This document shows, piece after piece, positions 57,951-64,000 of a stretch of DNA of 64,000 nt. Origin of the DNA: Minisyncoccota bacterium (lineage in GTDB: Bacteria; Patescibacteriota; Minisyncoccia; Phycocordibacterales; UBA9973). Position numbers and translations under genes: made by a program. The stretch is taken from positions 26,187 through 90,186 of the forward strand of contig JAYVQT010000003.1 of assembly GCA_043776915.1 (NCBI GenBank), read 5' to 3'. The notes below the pieces were generated by a model that was not told the DNA's origin, made no database searches, and was given only the letters and a program-made list of their open reading frames with translations. The first letter of the stretch is position 1. Every line of letters starts with the position of its first letter.

Positions 57951-59261
57951 CTATGTAAATCCTCCAGCAAGGGCTTGTTCTTTTGAAAGTGGCATAAATA
58001 TTTGGCCTTGTGTTTCGTTATATCCAAAAGGAGAAAGTAGTGAAGGAAAAAATTCGCCATATTCAGATGTTTTTTTCATATGTTCAATTAATTTATTTTT
58101 GAGTAACTCATACTCATCTTTTTCGTACGGTCTATTTAAAATACAATAATTTGATTTTTTTAACCCAACACAACCAAAAAGATTTTGAGAATTATGGCAT
58201 GAATCACAATATTCAATAAAAATATCGTCCCATGAAAGATGCGAGAACTTAGTATAGGATGAATTAGACATTGCATGAGATTCATAAATCATCATCCCTA
58301 TGCCTACACTAAATATATCCATAGCGTCTTTCACTTCTGCAGTTGCTACTGAATACTTAATAGTATCAGAAGCAAAGATATCAAAATCATTATGACAATT
58401 CTTTGAATTATATATTACATCACCAGAAACATTTACAGACCTTTCTATTTGACCATAGCGATGCAACGCGTTAGTTTTTAACATTTCTTTCCATTGAGCA
58501 TATAGACTACTTCTTGTTTGGAAAGAATCTAAGTTGTATTTTTCCATACGTACCATATATTCTTCTTTTGTGTATTGCGTATTTAAAATACAGTATTTTT
58601 TATTACGCAAATTATATGACATAAAGCAATCTGAACAATTTCTACAATCGTAACAGTATGAGCAATTTATAGAATCATGTGTCAGGAGACAAAACTGACA
58701 ATTATAATCTCTATCGCAAGAAATACATTCATAAAGGAAGGTTCCCTTATCGATAATCATATTGCAATCACATGATTCACTTACATGATTCCAACAATTA
58801 CTTGAATAAAGAACATTCTCACTATTAAAAACATCAAAGCATAAATAACAATTTTTGTTATCTTGGGAATGATTAGTGTATTCACTTTGTATTGAATTTT
58901 TAGATAATAATGCAACACGAGGAACTTTTAATTGTAACTCTAAAAACTGCTCAAAAAATGGGCGAGAAAAATCTATTTCTTGTGCAAAATCTTTTGCATC
59001 CCAACTATCACCCCACCAACAAGCTGAACAATACACTTTAAACGGAGACAGAGGATTATAAATAGTGACAGTTGATTTAGTACATAAATCACAATTCCTT
59101 CGATATAAAGTCCTTTCATTACGCCAAGAATAGCGACGGCGTTGCCTGCAGTCCGGGCAAAATGTCGGTGGTGGTACCTTCATCTTCTCGTAAAAACCGA
59201 AGTCATCCGGTTCGATTGTGAAGTCTTTTTTGCAGTTTTGGCAGGTTTTTGTTTCTTGCAT
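57951..59261 (-). CDS. Cys-rich modular protein (N-terminal zinc ribbon plus internal tandem CxxC-type repeats); N-terminal 436-aa part of a gene split by an in-frame TAG
   Basis: N-terminal CQNCKKDFTIEPDDFGFYEKMKVPPPTFCPDCR. Repeats such as NCWNHVSESCDCN, ECISCDRDYNCQFC and CSYCYDCRNCSDC. The N-terminus is near-identical to paralog 59736-61454. Confidence 0.55.
   Translation of the reverse strand: MQETKTCQNCKKDFTIEPDDFGFYEKMKVPPPTFCPDCRQRRRYSWRNERTLYRRNCDLCTKSTVTIYNPLSPFKVYCSACWWGDSWDAKDFAQEIDFSRPFFEQFLELQLKVPRVALLSKNSIQSEYTNHSQDNKNCYLCFDVFNSENVLYSSNCWNHVSESCDCNMIIDKGTFLYECISCDRDYNCQFCLLTHDSINCSYCYDCRNCSDCFMSYNLRNKKYCILNTQYTKEEYMVRMEKYNLDSFQTRSSLYAQWKEMLKTNALHRYGQIERSVNVSGDVIYNSKNCHNDFDIFASDTIKYSVATAEVKDAMDIFSVGIGMMIYESHAMSNSSYTKFSHLSWDDIFIEYCDSCHNSQNLFGCVGLKKSNYCILNRPYEKDEYELLKNKLIEHMKKTSEYGEFFPSLLSPFGYNETQGQIFMPLSKEQALAGGFT
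59164..59244. repeat. 81-nt segment identical to 61360-61440 (5' ends of the two Cys-rich paralog genes)
   Basis: Character-by-character comparison shows 81/81 identical. Confidence 0.85.
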
Positions 59262-59318
59262 AAAATTATGTGTATGATATACTTTAGTAGTAAATGCTTC
59301 TCTTGTCAGAAGCTCCGA

Positions 59319-59345
59319 GAAAACCCCGAAAGGGGTTTTTGTTTT
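59319..59345. terminator. Hairpin terminator gaaaacccc gaaa ggggttttt
   Basis: 9-bp stem immediately downstream (on the minus strand) of the MazF-like gene stop. Confidence 0.5.
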
Positions 59346-59721
59346 ATATTATAAGACGTATCTTTTCTTTTAATCTATTTAATTCAGTTGATTCTACCTT
59401 TCCTACAAAACGTAGCAATCTTTTAGCATCAAATAATCGTACTTGCGAAAGTATAACGGTAGATCTATGAAATGATTCTAATGTAAAATAATATTTACCA
59501 ATCTTCGGCTGGCTCGTCAGAGGCACACCCATAAATATATGGTTGTTAAATTTTCTGGTAATCAAAACAGGTCTTTCAAAATTCTTATTTTTTCCATCTT
59601 CTTCATCTCCAATATTTTTACCCATATGTAAAAACCACACTTCTCCTTTACCAAAGAAAATTCTCTCATTCATTGAAATTTTCTTTTTTAAACTATTCCA
59701 TATGTCAAAATCTTCTTTCAT
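59344..59721 (-). CDS. PemK/MazF-like toxin-fold protein (putative)
   Basis: GEVWFLHMGKNIGDEEDGKNKNFERPVLITRKF...FMGVPLTSQPK resembles the MazF/PemK pattern (G.vw.v.f....G.E..k.RPvlv....VvPlTs). Start set at the internal Met to avoid overlap with the upstream gene. Confidence 0.45.
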   Translation of the reverse strand: MKEDFDIWNSLKKKISMNERIFFGKGEVWFLHMGKNIGDEEDGKNKNFERPVLITRKFNNHIFMGVPLTSQPKIGKYYFTLESFHRSTVILSQVRLFDAKRLLRFVGKVESTELNRLKEKIRLII

Positions 59722-59735
59722 ATTCAAATTATAAT

Positions 59736-61454
59736 CTAATTCACCTCTTTTTGATAACAACTTTCGCAATAAATAATTTCAGGTCGGTCAGATGCATAGG
59801 AGGTCTCGAATTTGTTTTGACATATACCTGAATGCTCATGGTTTTCCTGTGTACACATACATGAACGATGGAAAAGTTTTGGTTGATTTATAAATTGTAG
59901 GCGATTAAGAAATCTACAATTATGACAAGTATGAGGAAGTGGTAATCCTACACGTTGATAAAACTGCAACTCTGCTGGTATGATACGATATGCACGTTTA
60001 CAATTCTCACACGCAATTACTTCTTTTGTAATATCATCAGAAACATCTTGCAACAAATCAGGTACACCTGAACCATCTAATGTTGTCTGAAATTCTTTTG
60101 CACTTGGTTCACGCCATGTAAACCCTTGATCAAGGGCTTCTTCTTTACGTATTGGTACATAATCTTGTGCCAAACTCTCATTGTAAGCCAAAGGTGAAAA
60201 AGAAAATGGGAAAAAGTCGCCATATGTATACACTCTCCCTTGTTCATCGACATACGGCATATCTTTCATATGTTGTATTATTTTAGGAACAAGTATTTCG
60301 TATTCTTCTTTTGAATATTGTTTATTTAAAATACAATATTTATTCTTCTTCATACTTACACATCCAAAACAATATGACGTACCAAAACAATACCCACAAT
60401 ACTCTATCTCACGAACATTACCGAATGAATTAAAACAACATTTTAGTCCATATGCTCCATCTCCACAAGTCATACACTCGTATGCATTTTCTATATTCAT
60501 AAAAAGCTGACAGGAGTCATATGAATTTGCTGCTTTTAATACACTAATCTGTACATATCGTAGATTCTCGCCATTTTCAACAGAAAAGGAATCACGTACA
60601 TTTTTTGAATCACTAATTCTATCACCGGTACAATTAAGATTTCGCGTACCATGATAATATTTAACTGGGAACTGTTGCCAAAACTCCAAAACTTTTTCTC
60701 GAATATGCACGATGGATTGGTATGAAGATAGATTCATCTCAAATATCCTTCTCTCATATTCTTCTTTAGAAAGTGGTTCATTGAAAAAATAGTATGATTT
60801 ACCACGAAGATTTACACACCCGAAACAATTCGTACAACCACGAAGTCCTTTACTAAACCACACATCTACACAACTTTCACAATCAACAGAAAAGAACGTC
60901 TGGTACGACTTATATACCATGACACATTCGTAGCACAATTCATCATCTATTAATTCATGAGAATCAAATGAATTTTTTACATTAGTAACTTTTACAAGAT
61001 ACGCCGAGTCTTCGATAAAATCTGCATCGAAACACAAATATGCATTTTTAAGTCTCCCTGCCTCATTGCAGTAGTCAGAATTAATCATAAACCCAGCAGA
61101 AGACTTTGCCATAATAGGTACTCTCTTAAACAATTCCAAAAATTGCTCAAAAAACGGCCGTGAAAAATCATACTCTACACCATACTCTAACGCATCCCAC
61201 TCATCACTATACCAATATGTTGTTTCGTATGTTTGTATTGATGATTCAGGAGGAATACCTGAAAATGAATCCTTCCCAGTATGAGCATCTGTTCTACGAA
61301 AAAGATTACGTTCGTTTCTCCATGCTAATCGACGTACCATCCGACACTCTGGACACCACGTCGGTGGTGGTACCTTCATCTTCTCGTAAAAACCGAAGTC
61401 ATCCGGTTCGATTGTGAAGTCTTTTTTGCAGTTTTGGCAGTTGCGGGTTTCCAT
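59736..61454 (-). CDS. Cys-rich modular protein, intact 572-aa paralog (zinc-ribbon module at both ends, internal CxxC repeats, duplicated KYCILN.QYSKEEYE segments)
   Basis: N-terminal CQNCKKDFTIEPDDFGFYEKMKVPPPTWCPECR and C-terminal CENCKRAYRIIPAELQFYQRVGLPLPHTCHNCR...SCMCTQENHEHSGICQ...CESCYQKEVN. Confidence 0.6.
   Translation of the reverse strand: METRNCQNCKKDFTIEPDDFGFYEKMKVPPPTWCPECRMVRRLAWRNERNLFRRTDAHTGKDSFSGIPPESSIQTYETTYWYSDEWDALEYGVEYDFSRPFFEQFLELFKRVPIMAKSSAGFMINSDYCNEAGRLKNAYLCFDADFIEDSAYLVKVTNVKNSFDSHELIDDELCYECVMVYKSYQTFFSVDCESCVDVWFSKGLRGCTNCFGCVNLRGKSYYFFNEPLSKEEYERRIFEMNLSSYQSIVHIREKVLEFWQQFPVKYYHGTRNLNCTGDRISDSKNVRDSFSVENGENLRYVQISVLKAANSYDSCQLFMNIENAYECMTCGDGAYGLKCCFNSFGNVREIEYCGYCFGTSYCFGCVSMKKNKYCILNKQYSKEEYEILVPKIIQHMKDMPYVDEQGRVYTYGDFFPFSFSPLAYNESLAQDYVPIRKEEALDQGFTWREPSAKEFQTTLDGSGVPDLLQDVSDDITKEVIACENCKRAYRIIPAELQFYQRVGLPLPHTCHNCRFLNRLQFINQPKLFHRSCMCTQENHEHSGICQNKFETSYASDRPEIIYCESCYQKEVN
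59779..59869. repeat. 91-nt segment with 1 mismatch to 57613-57703
   Basis: See partner copy. Confidence 0.8.
61360..61440. repeat. 81-nt segment identical to 59164-59244
   Basis: See partner copy. Confidence 0.85.
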
Positions 61455-61455
61455 A

Positions 61456-61941
61456 TTATTTAATCAATTGAGTAAACTGATCGAGTTGTCGACTTTTAAT
61501 AGTACTTTGTATAAAACCAAGGGTTGTTTGTAATTCTTTAATGGTATTTTGGTTTGATTCTGCGAGACGTTTTTGATTCAATACATACCCTTTGATTACA
61601 TAGTGGCGAAGCGTTTTTGTAGCCCATTGTCGAAAAATAATTGCCTTGCTTGAATTTGTTTTATATCCCACAGCCAGAACAACATCCAGAGAATATAGTG
61701 AAACTGGTTTATCTGAATTTGCAATGTGCATTTTTTGCACATTGTTTTTTGTATCAACTTCTTTTGATCTCAAGAGATTATGTATATGTTTAGTGATAAC
61801 TGAACGCTCAATGCCAAAAAGCTGAGCAATTTGGATTTGTGTTGCCCAAATAGTTTCCTTTGAAATATCAGCGTGAAATTCGATATTCCCTTTTTTGTCT
61901 TTATAGATAGCGAGGTTATTTTTTAAATCATTTTTAGTCAT
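61456..61941 (-). CDS. RhuM-family protein (virulence-protein RhuM / Fic-DOC-associated family)
   Basis: KGNIEFHADISKETIWATQIQIAQLFGIERSVITKHIHNL matches the RhuM family N-terminal core. Confidence 0.55.
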   Translation of the reverse strand: MTKNDLKNNLAIYKDKKGNIEFHADISKETIWATQIQIAQLFGIERSVITKHIHNLLRSKEVDTKNNVQKMHIANSDKPVSLYSLDVVLAVGYKTNSSKAIIFRQWATKTLRHYVIKGYVLNQKRLAESNQNTIKELQTTLGFIQSTIKSRQLDQFTQLIK

Positions 61942-62369
61942 ATGGATTTTGTGTTGAGCAGTGATGAATGGTGTGTATCTGGCTTGTACGGCGTGCCGAT
62001 TTTAATTTCTACATTTTTGATAATTTCTTTTTTAATTGCTTTTTTAATATTAGACAGGAGTGATGCTTGATCATAGCCAAGAAATAGTAAAGATGGGTTG
62101 ACTTCTTTGAGGGTATTATACGAACCTTCATCGAGGTCGCCAAGAAGCACACGATCGATCTCGGGAACTTGTAAAAGACTTTCAATACGGGATGCTTCAG
62201 TATAAATTGGTATTTTGCCTTTTAACTTTTCTACCATACTATCACGTGCCACAATAGCTACGAGATGTTCCCCTTGAGCTTTTGCTTCTTTAATAAATTC
62301 ACGATGACCATCATGAATCCCATCAAACACTCCAAAAATTATAACGGTTCGCGATTTCATAAAATTCAA
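61938..62369 (-). CDS. Small cytidylyltransferase-like nucleotidyltransferase (HxGH motif; TagD/RibL/FAD-synthetase-like)
   Basis: FGVFDGIHDGHREFIKEAK is a nucleotidyltransferase (H/T)xGH signature; 143 aa. Confidence 0.6.
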   Translation of the reverse strand: MNFMKSRTVIIFGVFDGIHDGHREFIKEAKAQGEHLVAIVARDSMVEKLKGKIPIYTEASRIESLLQVPEIDRVLLGDLDEGSYNTLKEVNPSLLFLGYDQASLLSNIKKAIKKEIIKNVEIKIGTPYKPDTHHSSLLNTKSI

Positions 62370-62396
62370 TGTATTATTATAATTGGTAATCAGTAA

Positions 62397-63875
62397 TTAA
62401 ATAAGGGGTTCACTGTTTTTTTCTTCTATGGCTACTAGATTTGTAAATTCATCGTTTGTCGAATTAGTATTTCGAGTAATGGCCGCTTTCTCTTGAGCTG
62501 AGCGAATAATGGTCGACTCTTCTTCGGCAATGAGCTTCTGAGCTTCACCGGCTGGAATAGCGTACTGGCGACGAGAAGCTTCGATAATGCGTGTACGATA
62601 TGAGGGGTGAGTTGCTGGAAGCACACGCAATGTCTCCGCTGAGAATGGGTCATAGCTTTCACCATCAATCGTCATCTTAATATAAAATTCTCCCACTCCA
62701 AGATTGATCATATCTTTGACATCAAAGATCGGTGCGAACTCTGGCTTGAGCTTGACTGCATCGTCACCACCGACACGGAATGAGATAATCGAACCAATGT
62801 TTCCAAGTACTGCTTGCTGAACTTTCGGCAAAAGCTGACCGACATACTGGTGAGCTACAATCAGATTCAGTCCATACTTACGGGCCTCTGACAAAATATT
62901 CTCAAACGTATCAGTCACGATGTTCTGGAACTCATCGACGTACAAATAAAAGTCAGCACGATCTTTCGGCTCAAGCTTGGCGCGTGCCATACCGGCTTGC
63001 TTGATCTTAGTCAAGAACATGGCTCCAAAGAACGATGAATTCTCTTCACCAATTTTTCCTTTCGAGAGATTGATGAGCAAAATTTTCTGTTGATTCATGA
63101 GCACTTCGATATCAATCTTATTCTGCTTCTGGCCGAAAATATTACGGAGCATCGGATCAGACAAGAATTGCCCGAGCTTGTTTACAAGCGGAATGATCGC
63201 ATCAGTATCGAACTTCTCGGACCAGTCGGCGAATTCGATAGCCCAGAATCGTTTGACCATGTCGTCCTCAATATACTCGACAACTTTCTGACGATAGTTA
63301 CGGTCGGTCAGCATAGAGATCATACCGCGCATCGTCGCGTATGGATAGTCGAGAAGCGCAAGGACGGTGAAGCGAAAGACGTGCTCCAAGCGTGGCGTCC
63401 AGTTTGCACCGAACTGCTTACGCAACACTTCGATTAAGCCTTGGGTTAGTTGGTGCTTAAATGTCGGGTCAATATTAGCAAGTGGATTAAATGATGACGG
63501 AAAGTCAACATCACCCGGATCAATAATGCAGACGTCATTAATACGATCTTCGGGAATAAAATTCAAGATGTCATCGATCAGTTCACCATGAGGATCAATA
63601 ATACAAACACCTTGACCGTATGCAATATCTTGACGAATCATCAACTCTTGGAGTTTCGATTTACCTACGCCAGACTTACCGATAATATACATGTGTCGTC
63701 TACGATCAACACGCTTGATACCAAAAACGAATTTCTTTTCTTCAAGTGAAGCTACGTAATTCGTCCGACCGATAAAGCAGACTTCGGCAGGATCAGACTG
63801 ACCAAGAGTTGGTAAATCTGGTGGAGGTGGAGCGTACTTTATGATTTGAATTTTATTTGGTTTGTTGAGCGCCAT
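62397..63875 (-). CDS. VirD4/TraG-like (T4CP-like) P-loop ATPase, paralog of 54022-56322, lacking the C-terminal tail
   Basis: IIGKSGVGKS Walker A and YLYVDEFQNIVTDTFENILSEARKYGLNLIVAHQYVGQL. High identity blocks with the other copy throughout the ATPase core. Confidence 0.6.
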   Translation of the reverse strand: MALNKPNKIQIIKYAPPPPDLPTLGQSDPAEVCFIGRTNYVASLEEKKFVFGIKRVDRRRHMYIIGKSGVGKSKLQELMIRQDIAYGQGVCIIDPHGELIDDILNFIPEDRINDVCIIDPGDVDFPSSFNPLANIDPTFKHQLTQGLIEVLRKQFGANWTPRLEHVFRFTVLALLDYPYATMRGMISMLTDRNYRQKVVEYIEDDMVKRFWAIEFADWSEKFDTDAIIPLVNKLGQFLSDPMLRNIFGQKQNKIDIEVLMNQQKILLINLSKGKIGEENSSFFGAMFLTKIKQAGMARAKLEPKDRADFYLYVDEFQNIVTDTFENILSEARKYGLNLIVAHQYVGQLLPKVQQAVLGNIGSIISFRVGGDDAVKLKPEFAPIFDVKDMINLGVGEFYIKMTIDGESYDPFSAETLRVLPATHPSYRTRIIEASRRQYAIPAGEAQKLIAEEESTIIRSAQEKAAITRNTNSTNDEFTNLVAIEEKNSEPLI

Positions 63876-63924
63876 GTGTGTTAAATTGTATCAAATTACA
63901 ATAAAATAGTATAATAATTCCATC

Positions 63925-64000
63925 TATGGATGACACTAAAAAGTTTTTACTCGAGGATGGCAAAGATTATATTAAGAAGTTGGGGCCCGGCCTTATTACT
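63925..64000 (+). CDS. Start of an unknown gene (partial, continues beyond right edge)
   Basis: ATG at 63925 followed by an open frame MDDTKKFLLEDGKDYIKKLGPGLIT to the window end. Confidence 0.25.

Noticed and set aside
54022-63875. Intact conjugative or integrative element
   Set aside because: Only coupling-protein-like ATPases are present. No relaxase, VirB4 or VirB-type channel genes, integrase or direct-repeat att sites are visible within the window. A decayed element or defence island remains possible.
1-64000. UGA (or other stop) codon reassignment as an explanation for the TAG-split Cys-rich gene
   Set aside because: TGA terminates lysS exactly at the conserved C-terminus and TAA terminates rsmH. 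There are no widespread in-frame stops in conserved genes. A genome-wide recoding is therefore unlikely, though a local TAG readthrough cannot be excluded.
1-64000. CRISPR arrays or rRNA genes
   Set aside because: No regularly spaced direct repeats and no rRNA-like conserved stretches were seen. The only repeats are the paralog-derived 81-nt and 91-nt segments in the island.

Overview
The window is low-GC (roughly 35%) and gene-dense, from a small-genome bacterium; gene content suggests a CPR/Patescibacteria-like lineage, but that is inference. TGA is used as a stop (lysS), so UGA recoding is unlikely; rsmH ends in TAA. No rRNA or CRISPR arrays were seen. Annotated content, left to right: (1) a dcw-cluster fragment on the minus strand, mraZ-rsmH-ftsL-ftsI, with ftsI running off the left edge; (2) lysS, greA, a class B PBP and a SIMPL-domain protein; (3) a murC-murD-[ABC exporter]-murE operon; (4) cmk, tsaD, valS, prsW-like, hsp20; (5) a minus-strand tRNA cluster (Phe, Arg, Gly) with glutaredoxin and an FtsB-like gene; (6) lepA, murJ, a Wzy/O-antigen-ligase-TPR membrane protein, leuS, tsaC, pterin dehydratase, a compact sigma-70 factor, ychF; (7) a carotenoid-type isoprenoid cluster of five genes; (8) a large polytopic membrane protein, TspO, a YgjP-like hydrolase, engB, miaA, tRNA-Trp, rpmG, alr, tRNA-Leu, and divergent murB/murA, the latter with an N-terminal HTH; (9) from 54.0 to 63.9 kb, an accessory island on the minus strand bounded by two paralogous VirD4/TraG-like ATPases. 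Two genes missing from the ORF track were found by hand: a partial ftsI at the left edge and rpmG (L33). Most novel-looking findings: (a) the accessory island contains a family of large Cys-rich modular multi-zinc-ribbon proteins with internal tandem CxxC-type repeats and 81-91 nt near-identical repeats between copies; one copy is split by a single in-frame TAG. The same island carries a MazF/PemK-like toxin, a RhuM-like protein, a small HxGH nucleotidyltransferase, an alpha/beta hydrolase and a 16-bp perfect palindrome. (b) The carotenoid cluster is CruF-like membrane protein, UbiA prenyltransferase, crtI, crtB, crtE. Its gene set resembles C50/bacterioruberin-type pathways, which is unusual for a streamlined genome.
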